Source: Malacoraja senta (Eukaryota). From it: a stretch of DNA of 64,000 nucleotides. Position 1 is the stretch's first letter. Each line of letters opens with the position of its first letter. A model generated the notes under the pieces. The model was given only the letters and a program-made list of their open reading frames with translations, searched no databases and was not told where the DNA came from. Below, piece after piece: positions 11,801-24,200 of the stretch. Where the stretch lies: contig CM075990.1 of assembly GCA_038087875.1 (NCBI GenBank), positions 5,706,001 to 5,770,000 on the forward strand, written 5' to 3'. The translations under genes were made by a program, and so were the position numbers.

Positions 11801-14800
11801 ATAACTGCAGATGCTGGTTTAAACCAAAGATAGACATAAAAAAGCTGGAGTAACTCAGCAGGACAGGTAGCATCTCTGGAGAGAAGGAATGGGTGAAGTT
11901 TTGGGTCAAGACCCTTCTTCAGACGTGCGGAGGAGAGTGATCGTCAATGCACATTCTCCGGAATTTACCTAGGCCCAATATGGGAGTAGTTAATGGGGAT
12001 AGTTTAATCTGGTGATGGTGATGTCACATGGGTAGTTAAGCTCAGGAAAGGTGAAGAACTTCCATGGTCCAACTTGAACCACTGGTTTCACACTGTGTAC
12101 AATCTATTCTCTCATCCAACAGCAATCTCTATTACTCAAGCACGTGACCAACATTAATTTTCTCCAATACACACAAACACATCACTACTGTGCAGTTCTC
12201 GTGCCCGTTTCCCAGCATATACTATTATCACAGATTCAATGATAGCAACCATAATTCCCAGAATCATTGCAAAGTATTCACTCTCACACTTCCTTTACTC
12301 TTGTAGAAGTGAATCAACATTGTCATCAGCTGGAGTAGTCTAGCACCCAACACCGTACTCAACAGACAGACTACATATCTATTAATAGAGTGGTGGTCTC
12401 AAAGTCTACAGCTGTGCCACTGCACTCCAGGTGATATTGCAGACTTGGTTCCAGCATGGTCTAAACAAACAATTCAATAGACATGGTGAGAGCCAACGAT
12501 CTTGACACTATTGGCACGTATAACCAAGTGAGGCCGGTCATCCCAGTCCCGCATAACCTCGGGACCATAGAATCATTTAAAATTAATCGAATTTACCTGG
12601 TTCCTTTGAGCATAAATGCATCGATGTAAACTACAAATAAATGATAATGAAAATGATCAGAAAAGGCTCATTTTGAAGTGGAAAATAAAAAAATTACTGG
12701 TGCTTATGCAGCAGTTTAAAGAGGTTTCATCATAGGCCTGGTATACATAGTCTCCATGTCATGTTCACAGATCAAAAAAATAATCCAGAAGTATCAATAA
12801 CATTCTCCAGGGGAATTATTTTTGAAGCACACTCATTGTCATAGGCAACATCTTGTTGAAATGAGTGAGAATGCAAATTATCTTAAAATATTTCACCAAA
12901 CGACTGATAAGTAACATTTTTAAATGGATAGATATCTAATGATATTCTGATCTGAAAAACTAGACTTTTTCACTAAATGTTAAGAATCTGTTTTTATTTC
13001 TGTACAATAATATTACGGCCCCAGGGAATATATATGCCCCTCAGTTTATACAAAATCAACTGTAGTGCTGTACAGCTGAGTAGATGTTTGTATTAATCTG
13101 CAGTGCCTTGTTTACTCCAAGTAATGTCTGTCTGTTGACAATCTTGTCAATTCATGGCATTTTGATTGCATTACTCTAAATGGTGCCTTGTTACCATAAA
13201 TCTCCTGTTCTATGTAGCCTTACTTTCTTTAACAACCAGGAAACAAACGTTCCACAAATAATAGCACTGTGTCATTGGATCTGGTGATTTGTAAAGACTG
13301 AAGGGTTTCTTTTTACATTTTCAGACCAATTCATGGGTCAATAACAATGCTTCACTTTAAATAAGGAAGGGCACGGTTCTTTATCACTTGAGGGGATGAG
13401 GTCATGGTAAGGAAGTGAAGGGCACAACAATCAATCAGTTAGTAATGGTTATGAAAGAAGCCTGTCGGTCGGTACACAGCGCAAGCAGAGTTATTCTCTC
13501 ATGGTTTACTAAAGCTTTCAATCTTCACAGAAGCAGAGTATTGTGTAGGAAAACAACTGCAGATGCTGGTTTACACCGAAGATAAGCACAAAATGCTGGA
13601 GTAACTCAGCAGGGCAGACAGCATCTCTGTATAGAAGGAATGGGTGACGTTTCGGGTCGAGACTCTTCTTCAGACTGAAGAAGTCTACTCCAGCATTTTG
13701 TGTCGATCTGTGCAGAGTAACTTTTCCACATTATTTTTAGTAATAATATCCCCCCCCCCCCCCCCCCCCTTAGATTTGAGATTGTTTTTCTCTCTGTATC
13801 TGAACCTTGCAAAACACTTCCTTTTAAGAATTCCTAAATAATATTTTATTTCTATACAATATCTCAAGGGTCAGATTCAAGGAGTAAACCACAGTGCATT
13901 TAGCATTCTGATGCATTTTATATGGATGGTTCTCATTATTTAAACTGATGTTAACTCTGAATTTATTCCATATTCACACTAGTGTAACACACATTACCAC
14001 AGATTATACCAGACAAATATGCATAATGAATTTTGAAGTTGTTGAACAATTAATAGTAATAATTGTATCAGGTACAAAAGAAACAAACAATAATGCAGAA
14101 ATCTGCACACTGGTATCTGAAATAATGGCAATTTAATTAAAATTGAGGTGCCTACTGCAGTTTATGTAATGACAGTCCAATGTACTCGGTCGCTGCCTGT
14201 AATATTATTGTACAGTACCTGTTAATGATGGAATTGGAATTCTCTTCAGGCCTGATCTTGGCCTTCCCATTAGACCAGTAGAAAACCGTCCAGTGAAAGC
14301 TAAATCTGTGCTACTGTTTAATTTTATGCAGCCGTCTTATTAAATTTGCTTAGGTTTGCACATTCAAACATACAATCATAAAGAAAGAATTCAGAATCAT
14401 CATCCTTTAACACATTCAATTCAGATTTTGTTCAACCACTCTTCAACCCACCACTGGTCTGCCTAATCATGCAGTCTACTGTGAGAGGTAAAAGATGAGA
14501 CAATTAGGTTTACAACTCCTTGAGGCAAGCAAACCACAAATCCTTTAAATCCTCATCTAAACTAAAACCTCTGACCTACTGAGTATTCACTAATTTCCTC
14601 AAGTCTGCATTATACATTCCTTCCCACCAACTTTAAAAACTTATCTCAACCACATCTTGGCTTGTCTAACCAAATTCATCTTTTCAAACATAAATGTTTC
14701 TTTTAGCATTATGATTCAACATTTCACTTTATTAAAGTGATTTTATTAAATATAAATCTCTTGGCTCTTTATAGATAAAAAATAAATTGATCAATGCAAC

Positions 14801-15579
14801 AGAGTTCATACATAGGGCAAAAGTAAAAAAATATAAATTGATGTTTACGAAGCCAGTCCCAGGCAATATTGGTTGTCATACACAAATATTAATGATACCT
14901 TCCTCTTGTTATCTGACCAGACCAAAGACAATTATTTGGAGGCATCATTATTTAAAGACTAGTAATCAAGTTCAGAGCTCTACATTTGACCAGGAAGACT
15001 CCCAATCTACAAAACAATTCTATGGTGGACACCCTCAGAATGAAGGCAGGATAGCATTAGTTCTGTTATCTGCTAGCCTGACGGCCACTTTCTTTCAGAT
15101 ATTCATTGCAGGTAGCAATAGTTTAGCAAATATGTTCCTGGAAGCAACAACTGTGAAAGTGCCCTGGAGACAGCAGCAGGAGGAACGAGATTCCAACATC
15201 AACAACCTCCTTATGAATACATTTCCCATTTCAGTCCTATACTTACAACCATTTATTTTGAGACTGTGACCCCTAGTTCTAGATTCCTTAGCCTGGGTGA
15301 AAACATCCTCTTCATATTTACTTTGTCAAGCCTTCCAGGAAGAAATTAGCTCACTCAGGTTTGACCCGATTTCACAAAACTAAGCTTTGGAGTTGATGGT
15401 GAGAGTTTCCAAGGCCACTCTCTCTTGGCAGTATATCACTCTGTAACCACCTTTTGGTGCATTTGACATACTGATGGGATAGAATACATCGGATCATTGA
15501 CTGAGAGGTACAATTTTAGTCCCTATGATGCTCGGACATGGCGGTCCTGGCCAGCTCCTGCTCCCCAGTTCTGGAATAT

Positions 15580-17080
15580 CTTAGTGAAGTGTCATCCCTA
15601 CTACCTGTCGCTGGTATTCATTTTGGCTATCCTGATTGCAGTCTACATGCCATCCCAGGCCAATGCTATGCTTCCACTTGAGGAACTACACATGGCCACC
15701 AATAGCCTTGAAACAAAGTACCCTGAGGCCTTGTTCATAATTGCTGTGGACTTCAACTGGGCCAACCTAAAGAGTGTGTGCCAAAATACAATCAGCAAGT
15801 CACCTGCCCGACCAGAAACCTAAACACCTTAAGCCACTGCTAGACAACTGTCAAAAATGCATACCTCTCCATTTCCAGACTGCACTTTGGTAAATCTGTT
15901 CACCTGGCTGTGCTTCTACTCGCTACTTTCAAGCAGAAACTGATGCCAGAGGATCAAGTACAGAAAGTCGTAAGGTGCTAGTTGGAGGAAGCAGATGACA
16001 GTCGGTGGACTGAATGACTATACATATTCTCCAACCAGAAACCATGAATGAACTGCAAGGTCCACTCCCAGGTGATGTCAAAGTCTTCAGCATTCAAGTC
16101 AAATGATTCCAAATGGTACGAGAAATCTATGTACGACCATTGAGAAATGATGGTGGGTTACATGCCCCATCAGCATCGATGGTGCAGATGTGGAAATGGT
16201 TGAGAGCTTCCAGTTCATTGGCGTTAATATTACCAATGATATGTCGTGAACCAATTACATTAATGCAACAGCCAAGATATCACACCAATGCTTCTACATC
16301 CAGAGGAGACTGGGGACATTAGGTTCATCTCCTGTGACTCTTATAAATTCCTGTAGATGTACCAAGGCAAGTATACTGTTGGGTTGCATCAAAGCTTGGC
16401 TTGGGAACAGCTCTGCCCAAAACCGCACATAATTCCAGAGATTTGTAGATGTAGCCAGTCCATCACACAGACCAGACTTCCCACCATTGACTCCATCTAC
16501 ACTTCACACTGCCTCAGATAAGCAGTCAACATAAACAAAGTCTTGTCCCACTTCAGTCATTCCTCCTCCTTCTCCCGGCTCCCATCAAGCAGAAGGTACA
16601 GAAGCTTGAAAGTGCACATCACCAGACTCTGGAACAGTTTCTTCCCCTTGATTATCAGGCTTCTGAATGGTCCTTCCATAAGTTAGGTGCTGTTCAATTC
16701 ACCCCAACCCCATTAAGGGCATTGGACTTTCTTCAAGGAACTGATGCGCTACAATAGACAATAGGTGCAGGAGTGGGCCATTTGGCCCTTCGAGCCAGCA
16801 CCGCCATTCAATGTGATCATGGCTGATCATCCCCAATCAGTACCCCGTTCCTGCCTTCTCCCCATATCCTCTGACTCCGCTATTTTGCATGCTTGAGAAC
16901 TATATTCTGTATACTCTGTTTCTCCCCTTTTTACTATATCTCTTGTTGCCAAGTTTGAACTGATTGTATCTATGTACGATATATCTGATCTGTTTGGATT
17001 TCATGCAAAACAAATGTTTTCACCGAGGGTGAATACCAACTGTTCACTCGATACATGTAACAATAATAAACCTAAACCCT
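15580..17080 (+). mobile_element. Degenerate Rex1/Babar-like LINE
   Basis: AVYMPSQA..LEEL..LETKYPEALFIIAVDFN.ANLK resembles the APE endonuclease of Rex1/Babar elements. Frames are broken downstream, it has a ..ACAATAATAAACCTAAAC 3' end, and a CR1 tail fragment is nested at ~16753-16885. Confidence 0.6.
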
Positions 17081-17392
17081 CTCTCTTTCTTAAATATTTT
17101 TAAGGACTTGGTCTTCAAAACCTGCTGTGGTAGAATCTCATGTTCATCAATCGCTGTGAAGAATATCTTATTGCAATCCTAAATGTCTTTCCCAATATCC
17201 TGAACCTGTGACCCTTGGTCCTAGGAATACTACCCCCCACCCACATTTATTTGAAATTACTTGTTTTTCACTTGATTGTATCTATATCTGGTATAGACCC
17301 TACTCTATATATGGTACATCTGATCTGTTTCTCTAGCACGCAAAACAAAGCTTTTCACCGTAACCTGGAACACATGACTATAATAAACCTAA

Positions 17393-17610
17393 AGGGCCTG
17401 TCCCACTTTCACGACCTAATTCACGACCTCTGCCGAGTTTTCCCTAGACTCATGCTCGCAGCATGGTCGTCACGAGGTCGTAGGTAGGTCGTGATGCTAG
17501 TCGTAGATACTCGTGGCATCGAGTAGGTCGGGGCGTTTTTTTTAGTCTGATGAAAAATGTCCACGAGTAAAAAAAGTCGTGAATTAGGTCGTGAAAGTGG
17601 GACAGGCCCT
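17393..17610. mobile_element. Harbinger-like MITE (218 bp)
   Basis: Perfect 35-bp TIR AGGGCCTGTCCCACTTTCACGACCTAATTCACGAC; flanked by TAA/CAA. Confidence 0.85.
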
Positions 17611-17974
17611 CAAGCCTAATATAATGTTGCAATGTTGCCTGATTAGCTTGTGGGACAGCTCTCCTAATTTTCTAACTATTCCTCAGATGTTAATGAAGAA
17701 GACTTTTACAGGGTTGTTTTAAATTCAGTGCTAGGGTGGGTACAGAATGATGCATCTCATTTAATTCTTCGTTTTTTCTTCATCATTTATTACAACCACT
17801 AGGATGTTTGGGAGGAAAATTTAAAGTCAACCACATTGCTGTGGGCTTGGTTTAATACATAGGCCCAGATGTGGATGCTGGATCTCTTCCCTAAAAAGCA
17901 TCAGTTAAATGAGTTGAGATTTTACAACTACACACAGTTTCAAGGTAATCCTGACTGATACTAGTTGTTTTATT

Positions 17975-19460
17975 CAAGGTAGACAAAAATGCTGGAGAAA
18001 CTCAACGGGTGAGGCAGCATCAATGGAGTGAATGAAATAGGCAATGTTTCGGGTCGAGCCCCTTCTTCAGACTTATGTGAGGGTGGGGGGGGGGGGGCGG
18101 GAAGAAGAAAGGAAGAGGCAGAGACAGTGGGCTTAGGGAGAGCTGGTAAGGGGATGAGAATGCCGGGACTACCTGAAATTGGAGAAGTCAATGTTTATAC
18201 TGCTGGGGAGTAAGTGGCGGCGCCGTCGTACAGCAGCGGCTCGCCTGCAGTCTGTCTGTTTTTACTTTTTTTGTTGTTTTCTTTTGTCCTGTTTTAGTTA
18301 AATTTTAGTTTATTGGGTTGTGTATGTGTGGGGTTGTGGGGTGGGGGGGTGAAACATGACTTTTGTCTCTTCCTTCGGGGGAATGCGACTTTTTCTTGTC
18401 GTATCCCCCTTCTCTGCCTCCGTCTGCGCTGAGGCCAAAATGGCGGAGCTGCCGGCCTCCAACTCCAACTGCGAGCTGCCGGCCTCCAACTCCAACCGAC
18501 CACGATGCTCCGGAGGCAGAGCCAGGGCTTACCAGCGCGAGGCTGGCCAACTTCGGGGCTGCGGTGGCGTTCTGGCGGTGGCGACCGAGGACACTGGTGG
18601 CGACCTGAATCGGGAGGCTCGGCCGCGGGCCCAGTGGACGACATCGTCGGGAGCGCGCAGGTCACAGGTTGGTGACCTGTTTTTCTGGGGCTCCCGCAAC
18701 TACAGCTGCGTCCGCTGGACTGGAGGGCGGCAGCTTCGGCAGCTTCGACCACCCCGGGCCGCGGAGTTTGAGCCGGCCCGTCACGGAGCTCGGATTCAGC
18801 CGCGGGATTGACTTACCATCACCCGGCGGGGCCACAGCATCAGAAGCCTGGATCGCCTCAGCGCAGAGGGAGAACAAAGCGGGAAGAGACAGAGACTTTA
18901 AGACTTTTGCCTCCATCACAGTGAGGAGGTGCCTGGTGAACTCACTGTGGTGGATGTTAATTTGTGTTTATTGTGTGTTTTGTCATTTATTATTATATGT
19001 ATGACTGCAGGCAACGAAATTTCGTTCAGACCGAAAGGTCTGAATGACAAATAAAGGAATCTCTAATCTCTAATCTCTAAACTGCCCAAGCGAAATATGA
19101 GGTGCTGCTCCTCCAATTTACGGTGGGCCTCACTCTGGCCATGGAGGAGGCCCAGGACAGAAAGGTCGGATTCGGAATGGGAGGGGGAGTTGAAGTGCTG
19201 AGCCACCGGGAGATCAGGTTGGTTATTGCGAACCGAGCGGAGGTGTTGGGCGAAGCGATCGCCAAGCCTACGCTTGGTCTCACCGATGTAGAGTAGCTGA
19301 CACCTAGAGCAGCGGATGCAATAGATGAGGTTGGAGGAGGTCCTTGAATGGAGTCAAGGGGGGATGTAAAGCGACAAGTGTAGCATTTCCTGTGGTTGCA
19401 AGGGAAAGTGCCAGGAGAGGGGGTGGTTTGGGTGGGAAGGGACGAATTGGCCAGGAGGGG
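17975..19460 (-). mobile_element. Penelope-like element fragment (GIY-YIG endonuclease plus 3' terminal repeat), split by an insertion
   Basis: Minus strand of ~19081-19340 translates as SSNLIYCIRCSRCQLLYIGETKRRLGDRFAQHLRSV..PVAQHFNSPSHS..LEEQHLIFRLG, a Penelope-type GIY-YIG domain. It continues at 18213 into the short-repeat motif. Confidence 0.85.
18214..19080 (+). mobile_element. GC-rich non-autonomous retroelement nested in the Penelope fragment
   Basis: Sharp boundaries that interrupt the GIY-YIG sequence; ends GACAAATAAA..(AATCTCT)3; related to 1643-2527. Confidence 0.7.
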
Positions 19461-20322
19461 GTGGTTTTATTCATTTTATTAATTAACTTAAATTAAATTC
19501 CCCAGCTGCCCTAGTAGGATGGAACACATACACGTCTGAATCATTCCAATAGCAATAATTCAAATGGTTGATTATTCAACCACATACAGTGTAGGATTCC
19601 TTGCTTTTTTTTCTGATTGCATTAATAATATGGGATTATTGTGATTTACATTTATTAGCACTACGAAGGAATTTCATTTTTTGAGATGGATATTTCCTTT
19701 GTCAGTGAGACAATTTCCTTTTGTACAATCAATTAATTGTTTTCATATCCCGTTCTCCTGTTACACCCTACAAATAATCGCTTGTGGTTATAAACATTTT
19801 GAAATTATTTCTCATTGGCATTATCAACAAAGAATACAAAAGAAACTGCAAATGCCAGAAATTATGAAATAAAACCAGAAAAGGCTGGAAGTGGTTCAGG
19901 CCTGATCTGTGGAGGGACAGAGCTAACATTTTAGATGAATGACCTTTTGTTAGAACAGAATCATTAGCATTATCGAGATCTTTATCTCATCTATCTAAAA
20001 CATTAATCCTGTTTCTCCCTCCACAGATGCTGCCAATCTGCTGTATATTTTAAAGCATGTTTAACTTTAACATCATTAAAGTGTCCAAGTATTATTCAGT
20101 TTCGTGAAACATTTTTAAATGGAGGTACATGAGCCAGTTTATTACGTAAAAGATAACCTATGTTTATTCGTTTTGATTGATATACTTAAACTATTTCAAA
20201 ATATGGTATGCTTTAAATTTATATTTAAATGCATTTAAAAGTACAACTTGGTTTTATTGATGCAATTATTTGGCATCTTTTGGAAAAATGTTGTAGGAAA
20301 GCATAAATCAGATGAAGTAGAT

Positions 20323-20910
20323 GTTAAACAATTGATACCAAATTCAAATCAGTAGTAAACTAGCAAAACCTGCCAATTATTGTTTAAACAAAACTCTTAA
20401 CAAGACATCTCCACGATTGATCAAATTCCTATTGTCTAAATATTTCATAGCTCAATACAGGTGGATATCTTTGTCCATTTCAGAAAGATGGACAAGATGC
20501 TTGAGAGTGCAATTCTAAAAATCTCTCCACACATATTACACTAGCATTACTTTTAACTTTCCATTACCTCCAGGCAAGAAAAAAATACTTATCTAATATG
20601 TAAAATAATTACTTTGCTATTATATAGAACAGGCCACCTGACACTGATGTCCAAGATGCTAAATGGTATTGTTGTTCCCAATTAAGATAGTTGTGATATT
20701 AATTGTCTTCTACAATCAGTGACCGAATGCTTATTGTTTTTAAAACCTTAATACTGATATCCATTACCTCAAATTTAATTCAAGGCAAAAATGGTGTTAA
20801 ATTGCAAAAACAATTATCATGGGAAGCAAGAATACTTTCAGTATATTAATTATAGGTCTCAGGTGATACTGACTCCAATGAACCTTTTAAGGGAACAGTA
20901 CATTCATTAG
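20323..20910. repeat. Left arm of a long, old inverted repeat
   Basis: Colinear reverse-complement match to 26317-26922, e.g. CATTTCAGAAAGATGGACAAGATGCTTGAGA vs TCTCAAGCATCTTGTCCATCTTTCTGAAATG. Confidence 0.9.
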
Positions 20911-21142
20911 CAAATTCAGTCCAATATATCAAGCATGTTAACATTACTTCAATAACCAGTAAAGTAACTGTGTAAGATATGCTCAGAAATTTCAATCCTG
21001 ACTTTAGACAACATGTTACAAAATGAAACAAAGTGCAAAAGGATTATGAAGGAGTTCCTGGCATGCAGGGTGTTTTAACTGCTCCAATCCCATTATCTGC
21101 ACAGCATATGATGAGCACACATCAAAGTACTGTGGGAAACAT

Positions 21143-21149
<7 letters not shown>
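20752..21149. repeat. 398-bp direct repeat, copy 1 (candidate giant L1 target-site duplication)
   Basis: No differences seen versus 25823-26220 (offset 5071). The identical 61-aa ORFs at 20846 and 25917 in the ORF track agree. Confidence 0.95.
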
Positions 21150-21209
<60 letters not shown>

Positions 21210-24200
21210 GTACGGTAGATTACAGTAATGTACAACACGTATATATTAATACATTTTTTGTACCGCTTCACTTTTTTAAACTTTAAGAAAGAAAAAGAAA
21301 GAAGTAAGAAAAGTGAAGAAAGTGCACAAAGGTTGTGAAGTGCAAAAGAGTGTTGGGAAAAGAAAGCCCCTTAGAAAAGAAGTTAGAGAAGGAAGTAAAG
21401 TTAGAAAATAGACCCTAGAAAAAAAAAGAGAAAGAAAGAAGGAACAATCGCTCTATTATAATTCTTATACCATACTTCATAGAGAAGGAACTACCAACCA
21501 AGTCTGTTTTTATTTTACCTCCCATTACCAGGTCCAGATACCTTTTATTTATTTATTTGTTTTTCTAAATTACTATTGCACCTCATGCTTGTAATAGGTC
21601 CAAAAACGTAGACCACGTCTTTTGAAATTGATCTACTTTGCCTACTAGGAGGAATCTCATCTCTTCCAGATGTAATGTTTCCAACATATTTGATGTCCAC
21701 ATTTTTATTGTTGGTGTGGGCGCATTTTTCCAGAATTTAAGTATAAGCTTTTTTCCCATTATTAGCCCATAATTGAGTAAATTCTTCTGATACACGTTTA
21801 ATTCAGGAATACCTTCCGATATTCCAAAAATAATCCATTCTGGTTTTGGTACCAGTTTTATTTTGATTAATTTTGAAAAAATATCAAATATTTCAAACCA
21901 GAATTTTTGGATTTTTGTACAAAAAACAAAAGAATGTGCTATGGTAGCTTCTTGACATATACATTTATCACAGATTGGTGAGACGTTAGGAAAGATTTTA
22001 TTTAGTTTGGTTTTTGAATAATATAATCTATGTAATGTTTTAAATTGGATAAGCGTATGTCGTACGTTGATCGAGCATTTATGCACCTGTAATAAATGAT
22101 TATCCCAACTCTCTTTTGAAATTTTTATACCTAGATCTTGTTCCCAATCTCTTCTAATTCCATCTGTTGTGGGTATTTCTATATTTAAGATGATATTATA
22201 TAAGTATGATATTAAATTAACTGTTTCCGCCTTTGTCTTCATTGCTTCATCTAGTAAGTCGGAAGGCATATTATAATAATCTTTTGTGTGTGTTTTCAAA
22301 TAGTCACAGATTTGTAGATATTTAAAATATTGATTATTTTTCAAATTATATTTCAGTTGTAGTTGTTGGAATGATAGTAATTTTTCTAATTCATACAGAT
22401 CTTCGAGCGTTTTAATTCCCATTCTTTCCCATTGTATAAATGCTTTATCTATGATTGAAGGTTTAAACGATGGGTTATTGACTATTGGTATTAAGAGAGA
22501 TAGGTTTCTTAATTTTAGATTCTGTTTTATTTGCTTCCATGTTCTAATAGTGCTATATATAATTGGATTTTTATTATAATTTTTATTATTCAAATTTATT
22601 GGAGAGAGAATAATCGCTCCTATATTATTCGGGGAGCAATCCCCTTTTTCCATTATAATCCAGTCCACCTGCTGGGCAGAATTGTCCAGCAGGTGAATCA
22701 TATTTTTAATATTTACTGCCCAGTTATAATACATAAAGTTAGGGAGCGCTAGACCCCCCAACTCTTTTCGTTTGTTAAGGTGTGTTCTTTGTATTCTGTG
22801 GGATTTGTAATCCCATATAAAATTTGTAATGTCTGAGTCCAGTTTTTTGAAAAACTTTTTTGGGAGATATATAGGTATTGATTGAAATAGGTAAAGGATT
22901 TGTGGCAAGAAAATCATTTTTATAGCATTTATCCTACCTATTAAGGACATCGGAAGTGTTTTCCAAAATTTAATCAGATTATTTAATTTCTTAAGTAGGG
23001 GATTATAATTAGCTTTAAACATATCATGGTAATTTCTAGTAATCTCAATTCCTAAATATTTGAATTTTTCCATAGCTATTTTAAAAGGGAATTTCCTGAG
23101 ATGTGTTGAGTCTTTTGGTTTAATCGACATAATTTCACTTTTGTTCCAATTTATTCTATATCCTGAAAAGGATCCAAAGTCCTCAATTAAGTTTAATATA
23201 TTTGGTATACTAATTTGTGGTTTTGTGATGTACAGTAGTACATCATCAGCATATAGGGATAGTTTGTTGTTTGAATATTTTGTGTTATAACCGTGAATAT
23301 TCGAGTGTGTTCTTATTTTTTCAGCAAGGGGTTCAATTACCAAAGCAAATAACAGCGGTGATAGTGAACATCCTTGTCTGTTGCCCCTAGATAATTCGAA
23401 TTTTGAAGATAATATATTATTAGTTAGTATTCTAGCCGTAGGTTTGTTATATAGTAGTTTTATCCATGCAATAAAGTTTTCTCCCAATTGGAATTTTTGC
23501 AATACTTTGATCATATAGTCCCATTCTACTTGATCAAACGCTTTTTCTGCGTCCAGTGAGATGATAGCTAACTCTTGGTCATCAGATTTATGTGAATGCA
23601 TTATGTTAAGCAAACGTCTCAAATTATTAAATGAGTGTCTCTTAGGTATAAATCCTGTTTGATCCTCATGTATTAGTCTACTAACATACTTGCTTAATCT
23701 GTTGGCTAATGTTTTTGCTATTATTTTCTGATCCGTATTTAACAAAGCAATAGCTCTATATGATCCTGGTTCTTCTATATTTTTATCTTTTTTAAGTATT
23801 AATATGATCGTTGATTCCGCTAGTGTTTCAGGTAGGTTTTGCTCTTTATAAGCATATGTATACATTTTTTGTAATCGTGGAGTAACTATATCATAAAAAG
23901 ATTTATAAAATTCATTACTGAATCCGTCTGGTCCTGGTGTTTTTCCATTTTTTAGTGTTTTTATTGTGTCTTCTATCTCCTTAGAAGTAATTTGTGCTCC
24001 CAGTTCCTCTTGTTCCCTGCGTTCTAATTGTGGTAGATTACAATTATCTAAAAATTCTGAGATTTTATTATTGTCTATTGACGTTTTAGATGTGTATAGA
24101 TTCTGGTAAAATTGAGCAAATCTTTTATTAATATCCTTGGGTAGTGTTAATACTTCCCCTCTATCTGATTTAATCTTTAATATTGCATTCTCTTTTTCCC

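Noticed and set aside
20846..21031. Duplicated 61-aa ORF as a small gene
   Set aside because: Its identity with 25917-26102 simply reflects the 398-bp duplication; no coding evidence.
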